Assembly (NCBI RefSeq): GCF_009914755.1
Contig: NC_060937.1
DNA from: the human T2T-CHM13v2.0 reference genome, Homo sapiens
DNA length: 64,000 nt
Direction: 5' to 3' (one strand)
Shown: piece by piece, positions 1 to 16,093 of the stretch
Layout of the letters: each line of letters begins with the position of its first letter
How positions within the stretch are numbered: position 1 is the first letter of the stretch
The notes under the pieces: model-generated
Databases searched by the model: none
Seen by the model: the letters and a program-made list of their open reading frames with translations, nothing else
Told to the model about the DNA's origin: nothing
Program-made: the position numbers and the translations under genes

Positions 1-400
1 TAATGTATTATCTGTCCATATATGAATTTGCCTATTCTGCATATTTCATTTCAGTGAACTCATTACAGTATTCGTCATTTTGGCTTATTTCATGGTGTTT
101 TTAGGGTTAATGTTGTAGCATCCATTTAGCCTTGTCAAGGCTGAATCATATTTCATTGTATGTGTGCATCACATATGTACTCATCTATTGATGGACACTT
201 GGGTTGTTTCACCTTTTTTGCCATTGTGAATAATGCTGCTGTGAACATTGGCATACAAATGTGTTTGTGTCGCTGCTTTCAGTTCTTTTGGGTATGTACC
301 TAGGAGGGGATTACTGGGTCATATGTTAACTTTGTTTAATTTTTGAGGAACCACCAAACTTTTTCACAGCAGCTGCACTATTTTATATTCCCCAAAAGAT
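1..400 (-). mobile_element. Old L1M fragment in SAP18 intron
   Basis: gatggacacttgggttgtttc...aataatgctgctgtgaacatt...gaggaaccaccaaact matches L1M 3' antisense motifs. Confidence 0.75.
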
Positions 401-1119
401 GTATAATTTTAAACTATTTAAGCCCTGTACACTAGAGCTAATCCCTTGAAGACTGGGACCTTACTTGTCTTATTTGGAGGTGCTTGTTAAATTTATGTAG
501 TAGTATGATACCTGTACTTAAGCATCACTCAAGGGTAAGTGTTCTAGGAAGGTTGATTTAGCTTATATGGAAGAACTGTTGAATAATGGCTTGATGAAAA
601 TCTCTTCAGAAATTAAAGTGTATGTTTCTTCCAACAAGAGTTCCTATTTGCCAGGTGCTGTGTGTGCTTAGATCCTGAGGGTATAAAGTCAAGACGGTAC
701 TGCTCCTCCCTGTAGTAAGTCCTTTTATCAGGGAAAGCGGATGAATAGAGTGATTTTTAGGGTTAAAATGGCAGGGTGAGGTTGTTCCACAGACCTTCCA
801 CTCTGAATCAAGAAAAAAAATTACCAAAAAAATCCTGTCCTAAACTATACCGTCCATAAATTGCAACCAAACAAAGAAGGAACAACTTTAAGTTACATCT
901 CAAAATGGTGGCCAAAGAAAAGATTCTGAAAGACTGGATGATTGGTATGGGGGTAACACAAAGGCCTGCCCTCATTCCCAGAAATAGTAATGAGGGAAAA
1001 TTAGTTAACATATACTGGAAATTCTCAATTTGGAGAAGTAGACTGTGGGGTTAAATAGGCAGTCCCAAGAGAAGTTATGGAAACAGGAGTGGAAGTCCAG
1101 AGGAGCCCAGTAGAGGCAG

Positions 1120-1790
1120 GCTGTGTTCACCAAAGTCAATCAGGGCTCAGCCAGAAAAACAGAATTGGGAGAGATGTGTTAAGAGATTTATTTCTGCTGG
1201 GCGTGGTGGCTCACGCCTGTAATCCCAGCACTTTGGGAGGCCGAGGTGGGCGGGTCATGAGGTCAGGAGTTGGAGACCAGCCTGGCCAACATGGTGAAAC
1301 CCCGTCTCTGCTAAAAATACAAAAATTAGCCAGGCATGGTGGCGGGTGCCTGTAATCCCAACTACTTGGGAGGCTGAGGCAGGAGAATTGCTTGAACCCA
1401 GGTGGCAGAGGTTGCAGTGAGCCGAGATCAGCGCCACTGCACTCCAGCCCGGGCGACAGAGCGGGACTCCATCTCAAAAAAAAAAAAAAAAAAAAAAAAA
1501 GCTTTATTGCAAAGAATTTGGTTTACGTGATTGTGGGGGCTGTCTAGGCCCTTAATTGTCAAATCTGTAGGGCAGGTTCTCAGGAAGGAAAGGCTGCTCT
1601 TAGGGCCTTTCAACTAATAGAATCAGGCCTCCCCAGATTATATAGGATAGACCTCTGAATTTAAGGTCAATTGGTTGTTGACTTTAGTCACATCTATAAA
1701 ATATCTCACAGCAATACCTAGGTTAGTGTTTGGTTGAATATCTGGGGACTGTAGCTTCGTCAAGCTGACACAAGTACTGAACCCCACCCT
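1120..1790. mobile_element. MLT2-like LTR interrupted by an AluS (1196-1500)
   Basis: agagatttatt..gaatttggtttacgtgattgtggggg and ggggactgtagc..gtcaagctgacaca resemble MLT2 ends. Confidence 0.6.
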
Positions 1791-1919
1791 GTCCTCAAGC
1801 TTCTGACTAGTGATGAAAAAGCAACACTTGGCACTCCAATTGTTGGTCTGGAAAGACAGTCCTTAGAAGGTGGGAAGCTTGTGTAGGTTTCACACTGTCA
1901 GAACTGATAAAAGGTGTGA

Positions 1920-2501
<582 letters not shown>

Positions 2502-2720
2502 AATTGATACAGAATAGTTAACATCAAAATATCAGGTTGAAAAAAGGTCACCTCTGAGACAGATAAACCAATGTGACCTCAGGTTTTTTTGTTTTTGAGA
2601 CAGAGTCTCAGTCTGTCACCCAGGCTGGAGCACAGTGGCACAGTCTTGGCTCACTGCAGCCTCCGCCTCCCAGGTCAAGCGATTCTCTTGTCTCAGCCTC
2701 TCGAGTAGCTGGGATTATAG

Positions 2721-2903
<183 letters not shown>

Positions 2904-3199
2904 TAGGTTATTTCTAAGATGCTTATATGTTAAAATATTTTTTTCAGATTGTTCTCTTATTAGCTCAGGGGACTATATGAAAGTTGGATTCAAGTCAATA
3001 TTTGCAGGGTAAGAAACTATTGTGACAAGAGCCTGTGCTTCATTGTAAGAAACTTTTGTATATTTCATTGGCTCTAGTACTCTTATCTGTTGTAAAACTT
3101 ACAATTCTATCTAAGAAAGAAGAAACACATCTGGCTGGGCGCAGTGGCTCACGCTTGTAATCAATCCCAGCACTTTGGGAGGCCAAGATAGGTGGATCA

Positions 3200-3532
<333 letters not shown>

Positions 3533-3876
3533 CTATTTTGCATATTTGGATTTATTTGGACTAGTTACCCTTAGGTAAATCACTAGGCCATAAGGTGTTG
3601 TGTAGCAACAGAAGATAGCATATAGAATCTCTGAAGTCCCTTTTAGCACTAAGAGTCTAATTAATTGAAATTTCCAGCAGTAAGGCTGGTACATGGAGTT
3701 TTTGGAGGCAAATAGTATTTTTAGCTGCTTTAAAATTAATCTCTAGTATAAGACCCTGGCAGTTTCTAATGTAAATCACAACTCAGATATATGTAATTAA
3801 GTCATTGTTAGTATCCCTTTTAATATTATTGCTGATTAATAAGCAAATGTAAATGTCTTTTTTAAAAAAAATCCAG

Positions 3877-3999
3877 GATGGATGCAACCTTGAAAGAACT
3901 GACAAGCTTAGTAAAAGAAGTCTACCCAGAAGCTAGAAAGAAGGGCACTCACTTCAATTTTGCAATCGTTTTTACAGATGTTAAAAGACCTGGCTATCG
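3877..3999 (+). CDS. SAP18: SAP18 penultimate coding exon (MDATLKELTSLVKEVYPEARKKGTHFNFAIVFTDVKRPGYR)
   Basis: Acceptor tccag|G at 3876/3877 and donor CG|gtaggt at 3999/4000. The translation matches SAP18 (Sin3A-associated protein 18) and the phase joins the next exon (CG+A = Arg). Earlier exons lie upstream of the window. Confidence 0.96.
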
Positions 4000-4257
4000 G
4001 TAGGTAACTTCTCATTTTTAAGTCCTGTAATCTCTTTGTTTTTAGTATGTTTTAACTGATACAGATAACTCCTTCAATGAATCTTGTTAGTGGGAGAATA
4101 TGGGTTTATATTAATACGTGGTTTGGCTTAATAAAGTAGTTAAATTTTGGAACTGTGTTATAAAATGATGGAGAAAATCCAGTGCCATATTCACTTTGTA
4201 GTACATACTGGGTTTCATTGATTTGGATCCATTAACAGTTGATTTTCTTTCTTACAG

Positions 4258-4414
4258 AGTTAAGGAGATTGGCAGCACCATGTCTGGCAGAAAGGGGACT
4301 GATGATTCCATGACCCTGCAGTCGCAGAAGTTCCAGATAGGAGATTACTTGGACATAGCAATTACCCCTCCAAATCGGGCACCACCTCCTTCAGGGCGCA
4401 TGAGACCATATTAA
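4258..4414 (+). CDS. SAP18: SAP18 last coding exon (VKEIGSTMSGRKGTDDSMTLQSQKFQIGDYLDIAITPPNRAPPPSGRMRPY*)
   Basis: Acceptor ttttctttcttacag|A at 4257/4258; ORF 4223..4414 gives the SAP18 C-terminus; TAA at 4412-4414. Confidence 0.97.
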
Positions 4415-6160
4415 ATTCTATTTACTATTTGTTGAATTTATTTTTCCGTCAGTTATGTAAAATAAACATACTCTTCTTCCTCCCCTGATTATTGCCATTA
4501 AGCCTTTAAATTCTAAACAAATTATAATGCATCATCTATTTAGGAGTTAGATTTGGATGTGCTATTGTATGATTACGAATAGTCTGTATGTTTCAAGCCC
4601 TTCTGTAAAATATGAAGAAAAGTGCTCTTAGCATTCTGTGTAAAACTGTACTGTTAAATATATGTGTGTAATCAGCCTGAGTGTGAAAGTTAATGGAGGC
4701 CTGGGAACAGGGTTTATACTAAGTAGTGGAGGAGCGTATGGTTAAGCCCAAAGGGGCAGAACAAGAAAGCCACGGGATTGTATGAAATCAAACATGAGTT
4801 TGTGGTGTAGACTGCTGTATGCAGTTGGAAAGGACACGTGAGAGTGAGCTCAAGTGGCAGCAGAGGCAGTTTGGAATAAGCTGCGGCAAGTTGAAGAAGC
4901 TGTGTTGGACGAGATTGCCCCGCCTTGATCAGGGTACCATGACATAAAAGGTTAAAGAACAGGCAACACAATGAGCACTTAAGTTTTTAACATGTGGGGA
5001 ATAGGGCATTTTAAAGGCTGGAACCAGTTCAGAGGAAACAAGGGTTTGGGTAGAGGTAGAAAGGTTTAATTAACCCTGGAGATCTGCAAATGGAGGGAGG
5101 GGTGAAGGAGGAATCTTAAGACCGAGGGAGAAGAGCCAAGGACAAGGTCAGGTTGAATGAGTAGGAGGTGTTCACACATCCTCTTGTGTGCTAGGTAGTG
5201 GCGTGCATCTGATCTGAGAGGCAGTAAAGCAGTGATGAAGACAGTGCAGCAGAACATTGAAGTCCTGATTGCAGCAGTGACTCTGCAACCTTGGATAAAT
5301 TATTTCAATCTTTATTTTGTAAAACGGAGATAACGGCCTATAGGATTGTTAAGACTGAATATTTTAAAAGAGCTTAGAATGGTGCCTGACAAATGAGAAA
5401 CAATAAATACTGATTATTGGCCATAAAGTGGTATTAAAACTGGATCTCTTTTCTTCCATGGCACTACTCTCATTTTGAAGTTTATGAACAGTACGACAGT
5501 GTATTGTAAATTCCCTTTAGTTTGTTACAGTAGCCAATTGAAAATGTATATCCCAAAATTTAAAAAAAAAAGTACTAGCAGCAATAAAATTGCACTAGTT
5601 TTATCTGGTACATACAAAAACAGCCATTTAAAATCTGATGATTCTGTGGAATTGGTGTCCCTGTTAGCAATGGCAGAGACCAGCCTGGAGCCTAGATCTG
5701 GTGCTTCTTCTGTGCTGTGGTTTACCCCAAACCTTTAGGTTGTTTATTCATTCAGATTAGATAGACTGGAGCCATAAAGTTAATTTGCACCTAGCTTTTT
5801 GGAGAATAGCCATGATTAACTGCTATTCGTGGTGGGGGTGGGGGGGAACCCTATGATTTACTATGCAGATGAAGAGGGTAGGAACTAAATAAAGGACTTT
5901 GTAAGCCAAAGTGGTTGGGCTGCTTTGTCAAATTCCACCCTTTGCTTGGTTCCAACATGGAATTTCTCCTTTAAAGATTTCAATATCCCATCAAAAGTAC
6001 AGTTAGAGAATACCTAGTGAATTTATTGAATATAATGCTAAGAATCAAAAGACTTGTACTAGTTTACCTCTGGCTTTGGTAAGTGTGGCTTTGAGTAATA
6101 ACTGAGCTGTTTCCCCGCATATAAAATAGAAATAAATAAGTAGTCATCATGACAGCATCT
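4415..6160 (+). other. SAP18: SAP18 3' UTR with several candidate poly(A) signals
   Basis: AATAAA at 4461, 5402, 5583, 5888 and 6131. The true 3' end is not determinable from sequence alone. Confidence 0.6.
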
Positions 6161-6565
6161 TGCTCAGTGCTTTAGTGTCTGCCCTGGTTGCCTCATTTGC
6201 TCCTAGGTATTTTAGAATTGACGTTTTCCCTTTGGAATATGTGTTACAGTACATGATATTGCCTATAATGTCTTTTTAGTTTTTCACGGTGTACAAAAAC
6301 TGGGACGGTTATGCCCAGCTGATCATTGACTCAGGTAATGTTTTAGGTATCGGTTGTATGCATGTGAGGGGCAGGTGTGAATGTAGAAAGAAACATTATT
6401 AGGCTAGGTTTAAAATTCTCTAAAGTTGAACATAATAAGGAGCTGAACTTGATGCACCTCTTTCTTGTTCAATTAAACACATTTCAGACTTGTTTTTGTG
6501 AAATAGAAGGCAACACTCTAAATCAAGTTTGTAACTATGATTTAAGTGTTTACTTGTGCCAAACA

Positions 6566-6795
6566 CAGATGGTTCCCAAGTTATGATAGTTCAACTTTAG
6601 ATTTTTCAGCTTTGCAGTGGCGCATAAGCGATAAGCCATTCACTACGGTCCTCAGCTTATTATGGGGCTACATCCCAATAAACCAGCTGCCAACTGAACA
6701 TCTTATAAGTAGAAAGGGCACTTCTGACTTAGGATATTTTCAACTCATGATGAGTTTATCCAGACATGACCCCCTAAGTAAGGAACATTGATACT
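6566..6795. mobile_element. MER47/Tigger5-like DNA transposon
   Basis: cagatggttcccaagttatgatagttcaactt..ttttcagcttt resembles the MER47B terminus. Confidence 0.6.
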
Positions 6796-7706
6796 GTGCT
6801 GAGGAACAACTTTACCAGCATTACCTCATGTAACCACAACTGAGATACAGTGACTATAGTTGCTATTTATAGGTGACAATGAGGCCCAGATTGAGGGGCT
6901 ACTTTAACAGCTCAAAAATGGGGCATTGGACCTAGGTAGCCAAAAATAGAGGATTAGTTGAAACATTTCCAGAAATAATGTTCTTTCATACTCAGTTTCT
7001 TATAGTCTGGCATCCACCCACACTACACTGACACACTATTCTTGTAGTGATGTTATTCCCTACAAGTAGCAATTTTTGCCTGGTTATCTAAAGTAGACCT
7101 CTTCAGTTTTTAAACTCAAAATGCCTCTCAAAAAAAAAATATGACATGGTCATAATTTCCACTTTGAATGTGTTAAGAGCAGCCAGATGTCTGCCTGTTC
7201 TGGTTTGTCTTCTATTACTTAAATATAGGTTGCTTTTGCAAATAACTAATTTCCTGGAGTCTGCAATGGCACAAGCTTGAAGGAAGTTATGTTTATTCTG
7301 TTAGAAAGGATTAATCATGACTAGGCAACTATTCTGTGAAGACAAAATCACGGATTCTCCCCCTTAAGAAATCCTTAGGGGAAATAAGCTAAACATAAAA
7401 GTAATTTTAATACTAAAGAGTAGTTGCAATAAGCAAAAAAGTCCTTAGCCTGGGAATGTTAATGCAGACTATTATAGGAAGGTGTAATGATATCCCTACC
7501 TCATAAAACTTGGGGAGGAGTCAGTGAAATTAGGGGAGAGCCTGGTGGGCAGTGAATATTCTGTAAAGGTAAGCTATTTTAAAGAGAAAGAAGGTATTTC
7601 TAGCCTCTTCAATTTGTGCCTTCAGCTGTTTAGAATTTCCTGCTCTACCCATGGTACCATGTCAACCCAGTTACAACTAACTCATGAGAAAATTTAACCA
7701 GGATTT

Positions 7707-8431
<725 letters not shown>

Positions 8432-10091
8432 CTATGAACCTGGCAATACAAAGATTTGACACAGATGCAGATCCTTCCTCAAAATCTTACAGTCTAGTAA
8501 GGAGGAAAAGGTGCAAATATTGATAAAAGGTGGACAGAAAAATGTCACAAGAAAGAAGTGCTACTGAAACTGTGGTAGGATAATGAAAGGTTTTCTACAG
8601 ATGGCATTTAAGCCTGTTCAACTCCTAAAAGTGGAGTAGGATCTACACTCCAATAAAGTGCACAGCATGAACAAAAGAGGAAACGATGAGCTCACAATCA
8701 GTAAAGCACTCACCTACTGACCTTTGGCAGGAGTTCCAGATAAAGAGGAGTATCAGATAATTCTAAAGAATTGTAATAATCTAGGTGAGAATCTGGGTAG
8801 TGGTAGAAAGATGTTAAAAGACGGAGCCTCCGTAGGGCTTGGCAACAAACAAGACTTGGGATGGGAAATCGGACATGGAAAGTTAATCATTAAAGCCTCA
8901 ATTTCCCCATTTGAAAAATTAGGTACCTACCTCAAAGAGTTAATTACACATGTTAATAAATGTATAGCATTTAGAACCATCCCTGGCATCGTAAGATCTC
9001 AACTCTTCGATGTAATCACTAATTCACACAATAAACCTTTTAAACTGCTAGGTGCTTGGGTAATGGACAAAGTAAGCAAACAAGGTCCTTGCCCTCACTG
9101 AACTTTTGTGGTCCAGTGGGGGAGACAAATATTAAATAAATGTATAACCAAATATTTTATTAAATAGAATTAAATTCTACCAAATACTATGAAGGACGAG
9201 AATAAGGTGCTGAGAAAGAACTAAGGGGGAAAGATCTCTTTTAAACCAGGAAAATAGGTAAAGTCTTTGATAAAATGATATTTAATCTGAGACATATTAG
9301 CCAGGGCTCAAAGTCTGAAGTAACAGAAAACTCCAGCTGGCTCAAGAGCAAGGAGTTTATGCATCATTTAACAGAAAAGTCCATGGTAGAGCTGGCTGAC
9401 TTCAGGCCCAGCTGATCCTTGAGCTCCAACACCACCTCAACTCTGTTGCGAGGGCTCCTCCACAGGCCATCCCTCCCTTCACGGCTCCAGCTGTACCTCT
9501 ATCTCCAGAAGCGTGCTGCTCTTTCCCAGTACTTCCCCAGTCCCGGAATGGGCTTTCATTGACCTGACTTGACCAGTGTGGTCAGAAGTTGTGATGTTGC
9601 TTGGTTGAGCCTGGAGCTGGCCTGTAAGTTCTTAAGGGCAGTAGTTAGGGGGCAGACAAAAACATCAAGTGTCCACCAATTAAGGATGAGGGAGTGTTAG
9701 CACAGTGGGTGGGAAAAAGTATTCCAGGATGAGAGCAGCCTGTGTGAGGCCCGGGGGCAGGAAGTACGGAGGAGTGGAAGAGGGTGGTGTGGCTGGAGCA
9801 CAAGGGGCAGGACGGAGAAGCAAGCTGGGGTCAAATCATGTAGGGCCATGTAAGCCAAAATAAGGATCTTGGATTTCATTTTAAGAGGCGTGGGAAGACA
9901 CACTTGAAAGATCCCAATATTTGAAGCTTGACAAGCTGGAAGCATCAGTTCTAAGAAACAGAAACTAGGATTACAGGAGGGAGGTGGTAAGGGTTAGGGA
10001 AATATGACTTGGACAAACTGAGGGGCCACCACTAAACAAATGGTGCTCCCTTGCAGATAATCAGAAATGCTTAACAGTCTTTATTGCCCAT

Positions 10092-10452
10092 CGATGTGGT
10101 TTGGCTGTGTCCTCACCCAAATGTCACCTGAATTGTAGCCCCTGTAATTCCCACGTCGTGGGAGGGATGCAGTGGGAGGTAACCGAATCACGGGGGCGGG
10201 TCTTTCCTATGCTGTTCTCATAATAGTGAATAAGTCTCACGAGATCTGATGGTTTTATAAAGGGGAGTTTCCCTGCACATACCCTCTTGCCTGCCACCAT
10301 GTAAGACGTGTCTTTCTTCCCCCTCTGCCTTCTGCCATGATTGTGAGGCCTCCCCAGCCATGTGGAACTGTGAGTCCATTAAACCTCTTTCCTTTATAAA
10401 TTACCCAGTCTTGGGTATGTCTTTATTAGCAGCGTGAGAACAGACTAATACA
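10092..10452 (+). mobile_element. THE1 (THE1B-like) solo LTR
   Basis: gatgtggtttggctgtgtcc...gagaacagactaataca; TSD cccat/ctcat. Confidence 0.9.
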
Positions 10453-10459
10453 CTCATCT

Positions 10460-10880
10460 TTAAAAAACCTCTTCACTACATAACCTCTTCTAGCTACTAC
10501 ACCTTCTCTCGCCTCCCTTCTTTAGCAAAACTCCTCAAGAGCTGTCTAAAGCCACTGTTTTACCTCCTCAGCTGTTTTCTCTTCCATCCACTACAGACTT
10601 CTAGTACCAGCACTCCATCAAAATTAATCAATGTTGTCAATAACATCGACTTTGCCAAACCCAACAGTCAGTTCTCAGTCCTCTTTTTATTTGAATTCTC
10701 AGCAATATTCACAGAATCATCACTCTCCTTGAAATACTTTCTTCCTACTTCACTGGCCTCAGTCTCCTTTGCTAGATTACTCTGCCCCTTTCCATCCTCT
10801 AAAGTTGGGAGAACTCCAGGATTTGGTCCTTGGTACACTTTGAATATATTCCCTCCCTAAGCAGCTCATCCGGTTCTGTG
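10460..10880 (+). mobile_element. L2 fragment overlapping the SKA3 3' end
   Basis: tgtcaataac..ttgccaaacccaacagtcagttctcagtcctc..tttgaattctcagca..ccttgaaatact resembles the L2 RT region. Confidence 0.6.
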
Positions 10881-12223
10881 GATTTATATACACACGGTAC
10901 ACAGTGAAAGGCTGGTATACATTTCAGAGTCAATGGCATACATAAGGCTGACTACAGCTTTACTTTGAAAAACAAAACTAAGTATCTTAACATTTTATTT
11001 TACATTATATTTAATAAAAATAATACTTACAACTACCCAGTAACTCCTAGAACAAGGACAAACTCAAGTTTTGTTTTGGTGACAGTTTTCTGACAAGATT
11101 AATAGAGCACAATGGACAGGTCCCCCATTTGACTTTCAAGGAACAATCATAAAACAGGGTAATCTTTACTGCATCAAATTCCCAAAACTACGCCTTTGAA
11201 GTAAGTTGACATAATACTTGTTGTTTCTTCTCAAATTTTTAATGGTTCTCCACAGTATGCTAGGTCCTTATTTTCTCATTGGCTGTAATTTGACAAGTTC
11301 TCCAAAAGCACTATCATGAACTTAATTAGATAATACTTTCCAGCTGTACTTAAATCAGAAGGATCGTAGGCCTGATAAGCAGGTCAACCTGAAGCTACCA
11401 GGCAGCTCTGGAGGCTCCCGTGGCCATAGCTAACAGTGCACAGGAGGGCCCCTGGCCCAGGATGAGCCCTCAGAACCTTTTAGAGAGAGTGAAATTCAGG
11501 GTCTACTGGGTGTCCAAGCTGCAGAGTGGAGCGTGAGAGGTCAGCTGCCATGTGATAGAAAGAGCTGACATAAGAGAAAAGACCCCCACACAGTGAAAAG
11601 CTGGAAGAGAAACAAAACTCTCAACCTGACAGCAGAGTTCCTGGTTCCAACTGTTGAGACCTGTCTCTACCTCCAATGGTCACAGTATATAGTTACCCAG
11701 GCCTGGAAATCTCCCTCTTTTCCTAATTAGTTTAACTGGTGTTCCTGTTGTTTGCAAACAGCAACTGCATCTTCAGACAGCACTGAGCAAGTAAAAGGTG
11801 TGGGACGGTCCTGAAAGGAGATGATGGGAAGGCAGAGCTGGCTGGCAGCAATGTCTCTCTGGCCAGAAGGTCAGGGGCGGCCTCATCTGAGTAGCAAACA
11901 CCTTTATATTTTTGAAATTACTTGTCCTACTTCCTGGTACTACTTAAACCATTCTGTTGATTAAGCTGGGTAATTTAGTATCAATGAAACACTAATAATC
12001 CTTAAAGAGTGAATGACTGGGCTACATGTCAACAAGACTAAGGTTAAACCTTATTGAAACTTCATAAAAAGCATATTATGATGTTAATGTTCATGTTTGT
12101 CTTTAAAATGGGTCAACGTTTAAAGGGGGACAGAGGCAGGGCAATGTGAATGTTAAAATTGGTCCAGCTCGGCTTTCATCTCATTTTGTTCAGTTTCTGT
12201 GTTGGATAGATCCACTGGAATTT
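10665..12223 (-). other. SKA3: SKA3 exon 9: final A of the TGA stop plus 3' UTR (12223-12176 also encodes KFQWIYPTQKLNKMR* if exon 8 is skipped)
   Basis: Acceptor gttgcag|A at 12224/12223; minus-strand AATAAA at 10999-10994 and 10691-10686. The 3' end is approximate. Confidence 0.85.
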
Positions 12224-12500
12224 CTGCAACAGATACAAATAACAAATATCAATTTAATAAAATTAAAAGCCATTAAGACAAATGACACAATACTGTGGCT
12301 ATATATTTTACACTTATAAAATAATTGAGGATAGATTCCCACTGATATCATTAAACTGGATAATTCGGGAATCTGAGATTCAGGGATCACAAGTTCTATA
12401 TCAAAAGATAGAGACAGGCTATTAACTTAAGCTGGCAAATGTCAATTAAAAACAAAATTTTTACCAATATTCAAATGTTAATTTTTTTTTTTTTTTTTAG

Positions 12501-12602
<102 letters not shown>

Positions 12603-12763
12603 TGAGTAGCTGGGACTACAGGTGTGCACCACCACACCTGGCTAATTTTTGTATTTTTAGTAGAGACGAGGTTTCACCATGTTGGTCAGGATGGTCAAAT
12701 GTTAATTTTTAAATGTCCTCCTCAAATAACACATGAACTTTCTTTACAAAGGTAACATACTCA

Positions 12764-12883
<120 letters not shown>

Positions 12884-13849
12884 CTAAAAAAAAAAAGGAA
12901 ATTCCTTTTTATCGAGCCATATGAATAATATAACCTAAATTTGGAAGAAGTTACAAAATGTTCAATAAAAGCTATGGGGCGGGCATGGTGGCTCACGCCT
13001 GCAGTTCCAGCACTTTGGGAGGCCAAGGCAGGTGGATCACTTGAGGTCAGGAGTTTGAGACCAGGCTGGACAACAGGTAAAACCTCGTCTCTACTAAACA
13101 TACAAAAACTAGCTAGGAGTGGTGGCACACACCTGTAATCCCAGCTACTCAGGAGGCTGAGGCCCAAGAATTACTTGAACCCCAGAGGCGGAGGTTGCAG
13201 TGAGCTGAGATCATGTCACTGCACTCCAGCCTAGGAGACAGAGCGAGACTTGGTCTAAAAAAAAAAAAAAAAAAGACATGCTAACTGCAATGAAAAGATG
13301 GAGATATTAGAAATTTAACTTGGATGTGAAGGACTGATTTTTAAAGCTTAAAATGTATTCTGACTGAGGTTAGTGAAAACAAGTAGCAATATATCCCTGA
13401 GAGGAAATTAAGCCTTAACAAAGATGTTAGGGAAAATACACAAAGGAAAGATGTAAAACGAATGCTCAAAAGGAAGGTCATCAATTATAAAAATTATGAA
13501 AGGAGAACATGAAGTATCAGCTATAATTTTTTCATGCATAAAGGGGTGATATAGTAAATATAAGGCTTCCTTCCTTTTACAAAGAAATAAGGAGAGATGA
13601 AGCAACCATAGGGAAGTGGAAACTATATAATTTTCATAAAGACAGAAGATGCTCCTTCTTCATGCAATTTATTATATCTTCCAGAAAAGCAGAAAAGACA
13701 GAGAAAAAAGGATAACAAGTACTTTATTGATATCCTAGCATGAGTCAGTTCTAATGGCATCTGAGTATTTTCCGAAGTGATTTATCCTTCTCATGGGTCT
13801 CCATAAGTCAGGAAGACTTCTAGAATGGCTATTAAGAATTCCACACGTG

Positions 13850-14156
<307 letters not shown>

Positions 14157-14313
14157 AAGAATTCCACACGTGTAAGTAATAATTGCCAAACACTGTAACT
14201 CCTATTAAGGAGGGGGACTGTCAAAGAATCAGACTGGTTATTTAGAATTGGCAGTTGTTATAAGTCATTAGTAGGCCAATGGTAACTGCTGTTAAATACT
14301 AAAGAATCAGATA

Positions 14314-14638
14314 CAGTCAGGCATCACTTAACAATAGGGATACATTCTGAGAAATGCATTAGGTGATTTCATCATGTGTGAACATCACAGTACTTACACA
14401 AACCTAGATGGTATACCCTACCACACACCTAGGCTATATGGTATAGACTATTGCTCCTAGGCTACAAACCTGTACAGCATGTAACTGTCCTGAATAGTGC
14501 AGGCACTTGCTACACAGTGATAAGCACTTGTGTATCTAAACACAGAAAATGTACAGTAAAAATACAGTATCATAATCTTATGACTGCTGTGGCATATGCA
14601 GTCCATCATTGACCAAAATGTTATGCAGCACATGACTA
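14314..14638 (+). mobile_element. Tigger3a (TcMar) non-autonomous DNA transposon
   Basis: TA-flanked cagtca..catgac termini; acttacacaaacctagatggtata core. Confidence 0.85.
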
Positions 14639-14942
14639 TATTCTAACATACATCAATCAGTGTTTCTTAAACTGAGGTCCAAGAAGTTTCAAGTTCAAGA
14701 AACACTGGTATGTTATTCATGATACCCTGGCTCTGGGAAATTGTAGGGTAAATGACTTTTCTGACTTTGCCAGCAACACTTCTAATGGAACCATGATCGA
14801 CATGGAAACCACAGTTGAACAAGAATTAGAAAATAAGGTCCTGACAGCTCAGAATTTAGATTCTCTCATCACCAAAATTAGCACACTAGCCCAATGATAA
14901 ATAAGACAGTTTATATGCAGTTTCAGGTCTTTAAATATTTCA

Positions 14943-15200
<258 letters not shown>

Positions 15201-16093
15201 CTATTGAATAAAAATAGACCATTAAATTATGGTAATATAACATAATGTAGTAAATAAAAATAGTTAATCATTTGTTACTTCTATTGGGGTCTCTAATAGG
15301 CTCCCATATGCCCCATCTTCTCTGACCAAGTTCTAAACAAAATCAAGAACAAATGGCATACAGAGGACAAAATATCATCTCATTACTAATAAAGGCTGAG
15401 TTAAAGCTTAATGTCAGCAAGGTGTGGTGGCTCATGCCTGTAATCCCAGCACTTTGGGAGGCCGAGGTGGGCCGATCATGAGGTCAGGAGTTTGAGACCA
15501 GCTTCGCCAACATGGTGAAACCCCATCTCTACTAAAAATACAAAAAATTAGCCAGGTGTGGTGGCGCCTGCCTGTAATCCCAGCTACTCAGGAGACTGAG
15601 GCAGGAGAATTGCTTGAACCCAGAGGCGGAGGTTGCAGTGAGCCAAGATCGCGCCACTGCACTCCAGCCTGGGTGACAGAGTGAGACTCCGTCACAAACA
15701 AAACAAAACAAAACAAAAACCAAAAAAACGCTTAATGTCATAACTATATAGAATGAACCAAAGATTTAGATGGATACTCCCACCCCATCTCAGGCAACAG
15801 TGAGTGTAGTCAGACGAAAATCACAGCATGAACAAATGTTACCACATGCACTCCCAAAAGGAAGAAAGCAGATCAGAGGTAAGTTTAGTATGCAGATTAT
15901 TCATGCTAAATCAGCCAATTGGGTAAGTCGCTTCATCTCTCTCAGGTCAGAGTTAAGAGAGAGAGACGATAGAGTGTCACCTCAGTAGGGTACCTTCCAC
16001 GTGAACATAAGGAGTAGATGAATTGTAAATGGCAGGTACTAACAGGCAGATAACCTGATACTTCAACTGATAACACAGCCCTGTGTTCATCCA

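Noticed and set aside
5829-5847. G-run in the SAP18 3' UTR (ggtgggggtggggggg)
   Set aside because: Too few separate G3 tracts to call a canonical G-quadruplex confidently.
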